From: Candidatus Latescibacterota bacterium
GTDB taxonomy: Bacteria; Latescibacterota; UBA2968; UBA8231
Assembly (NCBI GenBank): GCA_965248265.1
Contig: CBDFJF010000002.1
Location: forward strand, 1,091,044 to 1,155,043
DNA length: 64,000 nt
Direction of reading: 5' to 3'
Below, one piece after another: positions 30,320 to 41,409 of this stretch (positions are counted from its first letter, which is position 1; each line of letters starts with the position of its first letter). The notes under the pieces were generated by a model. That model was not told the DNA's origin. It saw nothing but the letters and a program-made list of their open reading frames with translations, and searched no databases. The translations under genes and the position numbers were made by a program.

Positions 30320-31876
30320 TCACCCATGCAATTTCCCCCAGATCGGTTTCATCTGCCATACGTCCATGGAGCGCACGAAGGCCGATCCGCCCTCAGCGAA
30401 AAGGGCGAGCGCGGTGTCTTGCCGCGGTGGGTAAATGACGCGTGAGATGGATCTGAGGCCGCCGTTGGCAAAAATCTCCATCACGGATTTGTCCAGAAAC
30501 ACACGCAGTTCGAGCGCCCATGCTCCCGGATCTCGCTCCAGGGGAACTTCGTTGACCCTGCCCGCGTCGACGGCGACCACGCGCCCGTCGTAGCGGATCT
30601 CTACGCCCGTACCATCATCACCGCAGCGCACCCTGAGTCCGCAGGCACCGGCGTCGCCGGGCTCGATGACGACCCAGATCTCGATCGTGTCGCCGCCGAC
30701 GCCTTGCAGGACCTCCGTCCGAGAGTCCAGAGCCAGCGCCTCGAGCCTGAAGTGCTGGTGGCGCAGTACTTCCAGTTCCGGCACGGGCTGCTGTCGCGGG
30801 CTGCCGTCCTCCCCAATCGTGAGCACGCGCGGTAATCCCATGCAGCCATTCCATCCGCGCTGGATCTTGAATCCGCTCTGCCACCCCAGCAGCAGGCAGC
30901 GGCCCTGCTGGTCGTAGTTCATGCTGGAGCCCACAAAGCCGCGATCGTGACCACCGTCCGGCCGGCGATGGCCGGGCGCGCCGCCGTATTGCATGATGCC
31001 CTCGCCTGTCACCTCAAAGTCGAGCCGGTTCAGGTCGAATGTCCCTGCGTAGTACTGCATGCTTTCGATTTCCCAGCAGGTCGTCATCGCCCAGCGATCG
31101 TCGTCCCTGTACAGCATGGGACACTCGAAGTACGGCCTTTCGCCGGGAAGTTCCGTGTCGAAGATCAGTCCCAGGTAGTCCCAGCGCAGCATATCCGGGT
31201 CGGTGGTCTCATAGAGGGGCAGCAGACATCGGCCGTCGATGTAGCAACTGCTCAATATCATTAACGTCCGGCCCTGTTCCTGGAAGATGTACGGGGCGTC
31301 CCATTTCTCGTAGTCCGGTCCACCGTGTGTTCCCGGCATCATGATCGGGGCCTCCAGAAACTGCCACTCGATCAAGTCGTCATCGCCGATCGCGGCCCAT
31401 ATCTCTCGTGTCAGCCCCGGGCGGGCAAGGGCTCCTGTGGCATCAAAGACGGCGGGGACAAAGAGCATCGGGCGTCCGTGGTCGTTGACGGCCGCGCACC
31501 CGGAATTGATGCGGACGACCCCCGCAGGGGCGGTCAAGGCAACCGGCAGGTGTTCCCAATGCACGAGGTCCCTGCTGCGCGCATGGCCCCAGACCGTGCT
31601 GTGCACGCCAACCGTGTCGGAGTAGGGATTGAGCTGGTAGAAGGCGTGATAGAAGTCCCCATGGTGAATGAATCCGTTGGCATCATTCATCCAGCGGGCG
31701 GGACAGCGGAAGTGATACACCGGGCGATCGGGATCGGCAGCCACGCGCGGCATCTCATCATGGACCGCAAACATGGCATGGCGAACGAAGTGGTCGGTCG
31801 AAGCCTCGGCAAGCTCAAGCCAGTGCCGTGCCTCGTCCGCCGGTGTCACGGGCCATCTGCTCTCACTCATGCGCAC
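30320..31876 (-). CDS. Glycoside hydrolase family 32 (beta-fructofuranosidase/levanase/inulinase type)
   Basis: WMNDANG (the WMNDPNG nucleophile motif), the RDP-type WGHARSRDLVHW, and the EC motif FECP. Confidence 0.85.
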   Translation of the reverse strand: MRMSESRWPVTPADEARHWLELAEASTDHFVRHAMFAVHDEMPRVAADPDRPVYHFRCPARWMNDANGFIHHGDFYHAFYQLNPYSDTVGVHSTVWGHARSRDLVHWEHLPVALTAPAGVVRINSGCAAVNDHGRPMLFVPAVFDATGALARPGLTREIWAAIGDDDLIEWQFLEAPIMMPGTHGGPDYEKWDAPYIFQEQGRTLMILSSCYIDGRCLLPLYETTDPDMLRWDYLGLIFDTELPGERPYFECPMLYRDDDRWAMTTCWEIESMQYYAGTFDLNRLDFEVTGEGIMQYGGAPGHRRPDGGHDRGFVGSSMNYDQQGRCLLLGWQSGFKIQRGWNGCMGLPRVLTIGEDGSPRQQPVPELEVLRHQHFRLEALALDSRTEVLQGVGGDTIEIWVVIEPGDAGACGLRVRCGDDGTGVEIRYDGRVVAVDAGRVNEVPLERDPGAWALELRVFLDKSVMEIFANGGLRSISRVIYPPRQDTALALFAEGGSAFVRSMDVWQMKPIWGKLHG

Positions 31877-31879
31877 CTC

Positions 31880-33190
31880 TCAGGTCCGGATCCAACCGTC
31901 AGATGTCGCTGATTTGAGCCGACTCATGATCAGGGCGCTGGTCCCCAGCAGCGCAGTACCCAACAGAAAAACGGGTGTAAAGGAATCGACGGGCAGGATC
32001 AGCCAGTGCCCGGAAACACCGTCGAAGGTGTCCAGCAGTACCCCGGCTACAATCGGCCCGAGCCCTCCCAGTAATCCCATCCAGGCGTAGTAGACGGCGA
32101 GGTACTCCGTTTTCTTCTCGGCGGGAATGACGTTGACATACAAGAGGCGCTGCTCACTCACGGCCCACCCCGTATTGACGATGCCCCAGAAAAAGGCGAT
32201 CGCCACTCCCGCGGCGAAGCTCCAGACATCGTTACGAGGCATCGCCCACCAGCACAGGGGCAGGATGACCATGAGCCCGAGTGCCCACATGATCACCGGC
32301 TTGCTGCCGCAGCGGTCCGCTGCCCATCCCCAAAGGTAGCAGGAGAGCAGGCCGGCGCAGAAGCTGCTCAACTGCAGCAGCAGGATCTGACTGTCCGCCA
32401 GTCCCACCTGCTCCTTCATGAACAGGGGAACGAAGGCGAACACCATACTGTATCCGCCCATCACCGTCAGGCCGTTGGCGGCGAGATAGATCCGGAAGTC
32501 CCGATCCCTCAATGCCAGGCGCATAGCACGCCCGTGTGCGGTTTCCCTTTTGCGGCCCGGTCCTCCGCCCGGAATGGGCAGGGCGCAGAGTACGGAGATG
32601 AATCCGAAGAGGACGCCGGCCCCGATGAGGGCGACGTAGCCGACGATTCCCGGCCTGTGATCGAGGATGTAGCTGGCGGCAGCCAGAGTGACGCCGGTCC
32701 CGAGCATGCCGAAGAGATTGCTGACGCCGTTGAACCGCCCGCGGATTGGATCGGGAATCATCTCCCGGTGCCAGGGATAGTAGGCAGTCTCCCCGATGGC
32801 GCGGAGGATGGCGAAGGTCAGCACCAAGGCGACGACGAAAACGAAGGTTATGTCAACTCCGTGGCTGCTGATGAGGTACGGCACGGCAAAGAAGAGTGTC
32901 GTCACCGTCGTGCGCAGGGTCCAGCACATCAGGAACACGCGCTTGACACCGACCCGGGCAATGGCTGCTGCCAAGACGAGGGCCAGCGGGCTGCAGAAGG
33001 GGAGCAGAGAGAGCAGAAATCCGATGCGCGTCTTGGGCAGGCCCAGTTCGCTGAGAAACAACACGAAGACCGGACCGAAATACGTAAGCGAGGAGAACAC
33101 CTGGTTCAGGGTGTCGTGGCTTATTACCCACGGGAGATGACGGGGCCGGACTCCGAACAAGCCGGGAGCAGGTGCTTCGGTAGGTGCCAC
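31880..33190 (-). CDS. MFS sugar transporter (GPH/oligosaccharide symporter-like). It sits in an operon between the GH-like gene and GH32.
   Basis: 12-TM-like hydropathy. Its stop is 4 bp from the GH32 start. The start is uncertain because the track ORF overlaps the upstream gene. Confidence 0.6.
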   Translation of the reverse strand: MAPTEAPAPGLFGVRPRHLPWVISHDTLNQVFSSLTYFGPVFVLFLSELGLPKTRIGFLLSLLPFCSPLALVLAAAIARVGVKRVFLMCWTLRTTVTTLFFAVPYLISSHGVDITFVFVVALVLTFAILRAIGETAYYPWHREMIPDPIRGRFNGVSNLFGMLGTGVTLAAASYILDHRPGIVGYVALIGAGVLFGFISVLCALPIPGGGPGRKRETAHGRAMRLALRDRDFRIYLAANGLTVMGGYSMVFAFVPLFMKEQVGLADSQILLLQLSSFCAGLLSCYLWGWAADRCGSKPVIMWALGLMVILPLCWWAMPRNDVWSFAAGVAIAFFWGIVNTGWAVSEQRLLYVNVIPAEKKTEYLAVYYAWMGLLGGLGPIVAGVLLDTFDGVSGHWLILPVDSFTPVFLLGTALLGTSALIMSRLKSATSDGWIRT

Positions 33191-33203
33191 CGGAGACCTG
33201 AAG

Positions 33204-34655
33204 CTAGGAGGCGTAAAGCGCAAACAGCCTGGCGCGGTCGAGGTAGATCTTGACCTTGAATCCACCGCGGGTCTGCGAGACCATCTGTTCAAGCCGGGTG
33301 TTTTTCCACCGTACTCGGTGATCTGTTTCGTCCCCCGAGAATGGAACGCAGTCGTCTTTGCCGAAACCTGACAGGATGCGGTCGAACGGATCGACGAGCT
33401 CCACCCGTAGCGACCCGCCGGTGGCGTCGCCGTTGATGCGCAATGTGTCAGTACTCTGGACCTTCAAGGGCGCCGTGGTCACGACTCCCTGCGCCTCCGC
33501 CTTCAGGCAGACCAGCCGGTCCTTTCGGATCTTCGCCAGACTGATGCCCCTGTGAATGTTCTCGTCATGGCGCGGTGGTTTGCCGTGTAGGGTGTTGGCG
33601 CTGCGGTGGTAGAACCATATCTCATCGTCGCGTACGAAAGGGGCATGCGAAGGATAGACATTGCCGCAGTCATGGCTGCCAGGAGGGCCACATGGCAGGA
33701 TCGGTTCACGGTTCCCGGCGCGATGCCAGGTGCGGCCGTCCTTCGAATAGGTCAACTGAATGTCCATCTGGTTCATCCATTCGGGCATCCAGTCCTCGAT
33801 CTGATTTTGGGCGATCCACCCCTCGTGCTGGGTGTGGAATACGGAGAGGAAACCGATGCGGAAATCGCGATAGGCCATCGAGGTCATGCCGTAGAACTCG
33901 TGATCCTGCGGGGGATCCTCCTCATCCGGGGCGACGATGATTTGGCGCGGCGTCCAGTTTTCGAAATCGTCGCTCTCGGCCATGCAGATGACACGTACGT
34001 TGGGCCGTCCCCGCAGATAGACGACGTAGCGGTGGATGGTCGGATCCCAATGGGCGGCCAGGTGGGTATCCGAGCCTTGCGGAATGACCGGGTTGACCCA
34101 GTGTGGGGGTATGTTCCAGTGAATGCCATCGGCCGAATACGCCACGCAGACCGGCTGGACGATGCCGGCGAATATCATGTCCCCGGTCTGGAACATGAAG
34201 AGCATCTTGTAGCGCCTGGCGGGGTCTGCTTCGATCGGGTCTTTCATGACGCTAGTGCCAACGCCCCACCGGAAAAACGGAAAGACCAGGTTGTTCTCTG
34301 TGCTACCGCCGTCCTCGACGAGGTTGAGGACAGGCTTTTCCCAGTGAATCCCATCGTGCGACACCGCGTAGGCCACTCCGTCCGCACCCTCGCCGTCGAG
34401 CTCGCTGTCTAGCTCACTCCCTCTTTTGCTCACGCCGTACCACATCTTGAAGAGGTCTTCCTCGTCGTCGTGGAAGACATTGATGTAGCTGCCGAGTTCC
34501 CACTCATCTTCCCAGTCTCGATCTGTCTCGATCAACGGTTGTGGCGAAACCTTCTGTGCGGGAACGACCCCTTTGACGACGCCCTCGAGGTGTTCGATAT
34601 GGGCGTCATCGATGAACTGGAAGGCCGATTTGTCGTCTGTCATGTCCTCTGCCAT
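33204..34655 (-). CDS. Beta-propeller glycosidase-like protein, paralog 4
   Basis: YAVSHDGIHWEKPVLNLVE and YSADGIHW blades. It has a C-terminal beta-sandwich tail (FKVKIYLDRARLFALYAS). Confidence 0.45.
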   Translation of the reverse strand: MAEDMTDDKSAFQFIDDAHIEHLEGVVKGVVPAQKVSPQPLIETDRDWEDEWELGSYINVFHDDEEDLFKMWYGVSKRGSELDSELDGEGADGVAYAVSHDGIHWEKPVLNLVEDGGSTENNLVFPFFRWGVGTSVMKDPIEADPARRYKMLFMFQTGDMIFAGIVQPVCVAYSADGIHWNIPPHWVNPVIPQGSDTHLAAHWDPTIHRYVVYLRGRPNVRVICMAESDDFENWTPRQIIVAPDEEDPPQDHEFYGMTSMAYRDFRIGFLSVFHTQHEGWIAQNQIEDWMPEWMNQMDIQLTYSKDGRTWHRAGNREPILPCGPPGSHDCGNVYPSHAPFVRDDEIWFYHRSANTLHGKPPRHDENIHRGISLAKIRKDRLVCLKAEAQGVVTTAPLKVQSTDTLRINGDATGGSLRVELVDPFDRILSGFGKDDCVPFSGDETDHRVRWKNTRLEQMVSQTRGGFKVKIYLDRARLFALYAS

Positions 34656-34838
34656 ATGGTGTTATCCGGTGTTATCCAAAACTGTCGCGTGCGTATCAGA
34701 GTAGTCCGTCGATTGCTTTCGTCGAAGCGCTGCCAGATTATCGCTCCTTCTCGGCAGCATCGCCAGATGGCATATGACAGCGCCCTGCACGGGGATCCGA
34801 GTTTGACACGCACCTCTTGTTTTTGTTCGTTGACCGCC

Positions 34839-35687
34839 ATGACACAACTATATAACGGCGTAGATAACCGCGTAGATGACCGCGACTGGAGCCAGCTCTC
34901 CCTCGGCGATCGAATTCAGCAACTAGAGGTGGAGGGCTATGTCATGCTTCCCGACCGGTTGAGTGATGACGACATAAGAAAGCTCAAGGAGCAGGCCGCT
35001 CAATTCGAGACCACAGCCGCCGACTACAGCGTGAATCAGCGTGGCACGAACGCCATTCAGTTTGCCGGTGGCGCCATCACTGAGTTGATCGCCTATCCGC
35101 CGACGATCGAGTTCCTCGAGACCTTGTGCGGCGACATCGTCGCCATGTCATACGACTACACCCGTTCAGAGCCGGGGCACCCCGGTATCAGCCTCCACTG
35201 TGATGGCCAGCCCTGGGGGTCGACGATTTTCCCGGGTGAGTACACCTGTCCCAAGCTGATCCGGGTACTCTATTACCTCGACGACCTGACTCCCGAGGTC
35301 TCGCCTTTTCGCGTGGTACCGCGCACGCACCTGAGCTTTCACAACCAGGCCAACCCCTACCTGCGCTACGAGGAACATCCCGAAGAAGTGATGGTGACCT
35401 GCAAGGCAGGCTCGGTGCTGCTGTTCAACAACAACGTCTTTCACGGCAACTATCCCAACACGGGGTCGTACGCGCGCGCTTCGCTGCAACTCTCCTACCG
35501 CCCGGTATGGGCTGGACCGGCCGAACCTGTCGAACCGTGGGATGCCGGTGAGGTGGCCAAGCTCTCACGCGCGGTGCGTCGCCTCATGGGCGACCGCAGC
35601 TGCCGCACCTGGATTCCCGAGGGTGGCAACAAGCCGCCCGACATGCTCCGCGAAGCGCCAGGCATCAACCCGAGTCGCTGGAAATAG
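34839..35687 (+). CDS. PhyH-family Fe(II)/2-oxoglutarate-dependent dioxygenase
   Basis: PhyH-like: HCDGQPW...H. The ATG at 34839 gives about 282 aa. The ORF-track start at 34470 is unlikely. Confidence 0.55.
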   Translation: MTQLYNGVDNRVDDRDWSQLSLGDRIQQLEVEGYVMLPDRLSDDDIRKLKEQAAQFETTAADYSVNQRGTNAIQFAGGAITELIAYPPTIEFLETLCGDIVAMSYDYTRSEPGHPGISLHCDGQPWGSTIFPGEYTCPKLIRVLYYLDDLTPEVSPFRVVPRTHLSFHNQANPYLRYEEHPEEVMVTCKAGSVLLFNNNVFHGNYPNTGSYARASLQLSYRPVWAGPAEPVEPWDAGEVAKLSRAVRRLMGDRSCRTWIPEGGNKPPDMLREAPGINPSRWK

Positions 35688-35690
35688 CCA

Positions 35691-36611
35691 ATGAGTGAGC
35701 CGATTGAGCTTCAACAGACGGTCATTGACGGAACCGAATCAGGCCCCCATCTGGTGATCACGGGCGGTGTACACGGCGACGAGTTCGAGCCGATGGCTGC
35801 CTTGCGCAGGCTGAGCGCCCATTTCGACGACGATGAGGCTCGCGATGAACTGCGCGGCCGGCTCACTGTTGCTCCCGTCGTCAACGAGGCAGCGTACCTG
35901 CGGGGTGCCCGTACGGCGGAAGACGAGCTGGATCTGGCCCGCGTCTGCCCCGGCGACCCCGACGGGTCGATCACCGAGCGCACGGCCCATGCGTTCGCCG
36001 AATTGATCCGCTCGGGCGATTACTACATGGATCTACACACCGGCGGCACCAAGGCTTCCGTGTGGCCGATGACGGGATACTACCTGCACCCCGACCCGGC
36101 GATTCTCGAGCAGCAGCGCGCCATGGCGCGGGCCTTCAACCTGCCCGCCATATGGGGAACCAGGATGATGGGGGGCCGTTCGCTCTCGGTGTCCTGTGAG
36201 GCCGGCATACCGGGTATCTATGCCGAGTACCACGGCAGCGCCACGTGCGATGCCGAGGGGGTCGATGAGTATGTCCAGGGCTGCCTGAATCTCATGTCCC
36301 ATCTGCACATGATAGACCGCCCGGCGCCGCCTTCGAGAGTCCTTCATTTTGTAGAGGATGACCGCGATGATGCCGGCATCATGGATCTGCACAACCAATC
36401 ACCACTGACCGGTTATTTTGACTCCGCCGTGCAGCTCGGCGACTATGTGGAAGAGGGAAGTCCGCTGGGAACTGTCTGTGATGTGCTGGGAGGAGATGTG
36501 CAACAGGTATGTTCGGAGAGCTCCGGCTACGTGCTCACCCTGCGCACCTATCCCCGTATCCTCGCAGGCGACATGCTCGCCGTCATTCTGGAGGCGCCGC
36601 CAGCAGGCTGA
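35691..36611 (+). CDS. Succinylglutamate desuccinylase/aspartoacylase (AstE/AspA) family zinc deacylase
   Basis: VITGGVHGDEFEP motif. It is 306 aa. Confidence 0.65.
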   Translation: MSEPIELQQTVIDGTESGPHLVITGGVHGDEFEPMAALRRLSAHFDDDEARDELRGRLTVAPVVNEAAYLRGARTAEDELDLARVCPGDPDGSITERTAHAFAELIRSGDYYMDLHTGGTKASVWPMTGYYLHPDPAILEQQRAMARAFNLPAIWGTRMMGGRSLSVSCEAGIPGIYAEYHGSATCDAEGVDEYVQGCLNLMSHLHMIDRPAPPSRVLHFVEDDRDDAGIMDLHNQSPLTGYFDSAVQLGDYVEEGSPLGTVCDVLGGDVQQVCSESSGYVLTLRTYPRILAGDMLAVILEAPPAG

Positions 36612-36647
36612 ATTCCCCACACTCTCGAACAACGGAGGACTCCCTGT

Positions 36648-37632
36648 GAAAATCGCCCTCGGCCTCGGCCCCGAACCCGATGCCAAATCAACTTTCGGCA
36701 CCATGTGCGGCGTAGAACACGCCGTCGGTTTCTTCAGTCTCTCGCCCAAACCGGATCTGGGCATCGACCACGACGACCAGCCGTTCAGTCGTTCCTCATT
36801 GGCCGCTACAAAAGCGGCGTACGAGCGCAACGGCTACCAGCTTTCGGTGATCGAATCACGACCGCCGCGGGAGAAGACCATGCTGGGGCAGCCCGGGCGC
36901 GACGAGGAGATCGAGGTCGTGTGCGAGTTCATCCGCAACATGGGCGCCGTCGGCATCCCGGTGTGGTGCCCGGCCTGGATGCCCGTCCACTTCGTCATCC
37001 GCACGACCGAGGAGGCTCCGACCCGCGGGGGGGCGCAAGTGACCGCTTTCGATCTTCAAGAATTCGAAAAGACCGCGACACCGCACGAACACGGCGAGAT
37101 CAGCGAGGAGAGTCAGTGGGACAATCTGAAATACTTCCTCGAGCGGGTTGTGCCGGTCGCCGAAGAGGCCGGCGTCAAGCTCGGCATGCACCCGGACGAT
37201 CCGCCCCTGTCGCCGATTCAGGGCGTCGCCCGCATCATCAGCAGTGTAGACAACTACCAGAAGATGGTCGACCTGGTACCCAGTCCGGCCAACGGCATCG
37301 GTCTGTGCCAGGGCAACTTCGGTTTGATGACTGACGACCTGCCCGGCGTCATCCGCCATTTCGGAGAGCAACAGAAGATCAATTTCGTCCACTTTCGCGA
37401 CATCCGGGGCACACCCGAAAAATTCGATGAAGCCTTCCACGACGATGGAAAGCACGACATGGCCGAGTGTGTACGCGCCTACCGCGATGTCGGCTACGAG
37501 GGTGTGGCACGGCCGGATCACTTCCCGCGCATGACGCACCCCGGGTTCGAGGACGAACACGAAATCGAGCGCCTCTTCGCCATCGGTTACATGAAGGGGT
37601 TGGTCGAAGCCGTTTACAGCGAATCCAATTGA
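36648..37632 (+). CDS. uxuA: Mannonate dehydratase
   Basis: UxuA-like (xylose-isomerase-like TIM barrel) with the C-terminal motifs NFVHFRDIRG and GYEGVARPDHFP. The start is a GTG with an RBS. A 5'-truncated paralog lies at 53015-53555. Confidence 0.6.
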
Positions 37633-37643
37633 GGACAACACCC

Positions 37644-38402
37644 ATGACCGAAGATCTCGATCCCAGACGACATCTGGAACTGGAAGGCACCGTCAACACC
37701 AGGGACATCGGCGGATACGCCACCGCGGACGGGCGCAAGACCCGCTGGGGCAAACTGCTGCGCTCCGACTCCCTGCATCAACTCACGCCCAAGTCACAGC
37801 AGACCCTCATCGACTGGGGCCTGCATTCCGTTCTCGACTTGAGAAAAAGCAAGGAGATGCAGAAGACACGCAATGTGTTCTTCGACCACGATCGAGTGAC
37901 CTACTACCACCAGAACATGGTCGGCGACACACTGATTCGTGAACGCGAGACCATCCCCGAGGGATTGGAGTATGTCGAGCACATGCGCTGGTCCTACTCC
38001 GTGGTCCTGGATCGGCGCAAATCCCACATACACGACACGCTGTGCCTGCTGTCCCAGCCCGACACCATGCCGGCGCTCGTCCATTGCGCCGGCGGCACCG
38101 AACGGACGGGGCTCATCGTCGCCCTCGTCCTCGGGATCGCCGGTGTACCCGATGAGACCATCGCCGAAGACTTCGGACTTACCGCTCGCTTTTCCTACCA
38201 AAAATACCTCGAGATCCATCCGGAGGTGAGCGCTGAAAGCTACACGTTGGAAGATCACCAGGCCCAGGTGTGTCGACCCGATACCATGCTCGCCGTGCTG
38301 CGCACACTCGAAGAGCGCTATTGCGACGTTGTGGGTTATGCACGCAACATCGGCATGAGTGAGACGCAGATCGAAGCGCTACGGGAGGCCGTTGTCGAAT
38401 AG
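37644..38402 (+). CDS. Tyrosine/dual-specificity protein phosphatase-like protein
   Basis: The CX5R P-loop HCAGGTERTG. Confidence 0.65.
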   Translation: MTEDLDPRRHLELEGTVNTRDIGGYATADGRKTRWGKLLRSDSLHQLTPKSQQTLIDWGLHSVLDLRKSKEMQKTRNVFFDHDRVTYYHQNMVGDTLIRERETIPEGLEYVEHMRWSYSVVLDRRKSHIHDTLCLLSQPDTMPALVHCAGGTERTGLIVALVLGIAGVPDETIAEDFGLTARFSYQKYLEIHPEVSAESYTLEDHQAQVCRPDTMLAVLRTLEERYCDVVGYARNIGMSETQIEALREAVVE

Positions 38403-38434
38403 GTTAGTCTAATGCAACGTGGCTCTCTTTCTTC

Positions 38435-39067
38435 ATGTGGAATACCGGCGACGATCTCCGTCGTCCCTCCGGGGTCGTTATGAGCGCTCGTACTGATGAC
38501 CAATTCGTCGATAGGATGATCGACAAGCTGTTTGTCGCGCAGGACAGACGACCGGACGATCTCGGCGATATCGATGTCGCAGCTCTTCCGTCTTTCGAGC
38601 GCGGCCTGCTGGTGATAGTCGGGCTCGTAACCCAGTTCATCGAGGCCTACAAGATGGAGCCGGTTCAGGTGCACCAACTGACGCAGGAGTGCCGTCGGTT
38701 GAACCAGAGTGATCCCTGGCTAGACATGTCGGCTGGTCAAGAGGTCACGTCACGGCAGGTAATACTGAAGGGCGCAAAGAGTGGGACAGCGTACCTGAAT
38801 GGCGAGGCACTCATAGTGGCGGAACGACTTCCGGAGGGGGTGCAGCGTGACCTGCATGAGTCGGGCATGGGGCTGGGACAGATTCTGCGACATCGCCGAG
38901 TGGAGACGCACGGCGAGTTGCTGTGGTGTGGCACGGAGAGCGGGGAGCCAGAGTCGTCTGACGCCCGGCCAGTTAACCCGACTATCAACAAAACCTATCG
39001 ATTCATCTGCGACGGAAGCCCGATAATTTTGATCACGGAGAGATTTCCTCCACCGCAAGGAAGTTGA
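38435..39067 (+). CDS. Hypothetical protein (chorismate-lyase/UTRA-like fold suspected)
   Basis: An ORF with weak start signals. The C-terminal RFICDGSPIILITERF resembles DUF98-type proteins. Confidence 0.35.
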   Translation: MWNTGDDLRRPSGVVMSARTDDQFVDRMIDKLFVAQDRRPDDLGDIDVAALPSFERGLLVIVGLVTQFIEAYKMEPVQVHQLTQECRRLNQSDPWLDMSAGQEVTSRQVILKGAKSGTAYLNGEALIVAERLPEGVQRDLHESGMGLGQILRHRRVETHGELLWCGTESGEPESSDARPVNPTINKTYRFICDGSPIILITERFPPPQGS

Positions 39068-39212
39068 GTCGAACCATGTCTTGGCGATGCGCGATACACT
39101 CCATGTCGGCGCTGGCGGTGAGGTTTCTGATGGCGGACCCCGCTGTGACGATCTGGCACAAAACCTTGGACTACTGGACCAGCTCATACCCACATTCCCA
39201 GGAGATGACGAG

Positions 39213-40094
39213 ATGATCCAGAAACTACCATTCGGCAGGACCGGTCACGACAGCACACGGACCCTCTTCGGTGGTGCCGCATTCAAACAAACCACCGAGC
39301 AGGATGTGGCGGACCGCACCCTGGAGGTGTTGCTGGAATACGGCGTCAATCACATCGACACGGCCCGTGGTTACGGCCGCGGCAATTCGGAGACCCTGAT
39401 CGGCCCCTGGATGGGCACCCACCGTGACCAATTCTTCCTCGCGACCAAGACCGGCCAACGCACCAGAGAAGGTGCGGAGGAAGATCTCGCCATTTCCCTG
39501 GCGCAACTGCAGGTAGACCACGTCGATCTGATCCAGATGCACGCCCTTACCGATGAGGAAGAGTGGGAGACCGCGATGGGCTCCGGCGGCGCTCTGGAGG
39601 CGCTGGTAGCGGCACGCGATCGCGGCCAGGTGCGTTTCATCGGGGTGACGGGACATGGCCTGGTGGCACCCAGCATGCACTTGCGGAGTCTGGAACATTT
39701 TCCGTTCGACTCCGTGCTGTTTCCCTATAACTACGTGCTGGCACAGGACAGTGAGTATGATGCGGATGTCCAGCGGTTGGTGGAGGTTTGCGCCCAACGC
39801 CAGGTGGCCGTGCAGATCATCAAGTCCATCGCCCGGCGTCCGTGGGGGGAGCGCGAGAGAACCCGGGGTCCATGGTACGAACCTCTGGAGGAGCCGGAGG
39901 ATATCCAGAAGGCGGTAGACTTCGTGTTCAGCATGGGCGACGTGTTCATCAACATGGTGTCCGACGTGGATGTTCTCGAGCACGTGTTGAATGCGGCCAG
40001 TCAACCGGGCCCACGTCCGCCCGATGCTGACATGGCAGAGATGGCCCTGCGCATGGAGATGGCCTCTATTTTCCCAGAGCGCGAAACAGCATAG
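39213..40094 (+). CDS. Aldo/keto reductase
   Basis: GVNHIDTARGYGRGNSETLIG. RBS ggaga. Confidence 0.75.
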   Translation: MIQKLPFGRTGHDSTRTLFGGAAFKQTTEQDVADRTLEVLLEYGVNHIDTARGYGRGNSETLIGPWMGTHRDQFFLATKTGQRTREGAEEDLAISLAQLQVDHVDLIQMHALTDEEEWETAMGSGGALEALVAARDRGQVRFIGVTGHGLVAPSMHLRSLEHFPFDSVLFPYNYVLAQDSEYDADVQRLVEVCAQRQVAVQIIKSIARRPWGERERTRGPWYEPLEEPEDIQKAVDFVFSMGDVFINMVSDVDVLEHVLNAASQPGPRPPDADMAEMALRMEMASIFPERETA

Positions 40095-40111
40095 CACGGA
40101 AGGAGTGATCA

Positions 40112-41379
40112 TGAAACGCAGATTTCGGAATGGGTCACTCGCGAACGCAGTGACCGCGACGGTGCTGGTCTGGGGCTTCAGCGTCGACCTCACGAGCGCT
40201 GAGCCGGGCAGTGGATCGACGGCCGACTGGCCGCAGTGGCGTGGGCCGAACCGGGATGGGCTGGCGCCAACTTCTCATATCGCCAAGGCATGGACGGAAG
40301 CTGGTCCAAAGCAAGTCTGGCGGAGGCCGCTTGGTGAGGGGTTCTCCGGCATATCAGTCTCCGGGTCGCGAGCCTATACCATGTACGCCACCCAGAACAA
40401 CGAGTACGTCGTGTGCCTGAATACTACCGACGGCAGTGAGGTCTGGAGCCTGCGCACCGGAGCCAAATTCATGGAGGGCCATGGCAACGGACCGCGCTGC
40501 ACGCCGACCATCGACGGAGACCGAATCTACACGATGGGCGCCAGCGGTGAGCTACTGGCAGTGGAGGCGGAGACGGGACAGGTCATCTGGAAGCACAATC
40601 TGCGGAGGAAATTCAAAAGCCAGCGGCCTTCGTGGGGGTTTACGTCATCGCCTCTGATCGAGGGCAACATGGTCCTGGTGGAGGGGGGAGGATCGGGAGA
40701 GCGATCCCTGATGGCTTTCGACAAGGAGTCAGGAGACGTCGTGTGGACGGCGGGTAGTGACCCAATCGGGTATTCCTCACCGATTCCCGTCGACGTTCAC
40801 GGCGTGCGTCAGATTCTGTTTTTTACCGGATCCGCACTCGTTTCCGTGGCGCCATTGAACGGACAGATCTACTGGCGCTACGAATGGCCGAACGATCATC
40901 ACATCAATCCGGCGTCGCCCGTATTCATCGGTCCTGACCGGGTGTTCGTCTCATCCGGCTACGACACAGGCGGGGCAGTCGTGGAGATAACGAAGACCGA
41001 GGCAGGCCCGGGCGTCAGCGAAGTCTGGTTCAGCAAGGGGATGCAGAATCACTTCAATTCATCGATCCATCACGAGGGATTCCTCTACGGATTCGACGAC
41101 TCGATTTTCAAGTGTATTGCTGCCGACACCGGCGAGGAACAATGGAAGACACGAGGCTACGGCAAGGGCAGTCTGATGTTCGCCGACGGACACCTGATCG
41201 TGCTCAGTGACGATGGCAAGCTGGCTCTTGTGGAAGCGAATCCAACGACCCACGTCGAAGTGGCGCGCGCACAGGTACTGAGCGGCAGGTGCTGGACATC
41301 ACCCAGCCTGGCGCGTGGGCTGCTTTACCTGCGAAGCCTGGAAGAAATCGTCTGTCTCGACATGCGGGGACAAACGTAG
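40112..41379 (+). CDS. Secreted PQQ-like beta-propeller repeat protein
   Basis: Signal peptide. Repeated tryptophan-docking-type blades (DGSEVWSL, GQVIWKHNL, SGDVVWTAG, NGQIYWRYEW). Confidence 0.6.
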
Positions 41380-41409
41380 TCGTCGTCGCCACGATCAAGG
41401 AGCAAGCGC

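Noticed and set aside
34470-34838. The upstream extension of the PhyH ORF proposed by the ORF track (start at 34470)
   Set aside because: The 123 extra codons overlap the start of the divergent glycosidase-like gene and its promoter region. They have no homology to PhyH N-termini. The ATG at 34839 gives a canonical roughly 282-aa PhyH.
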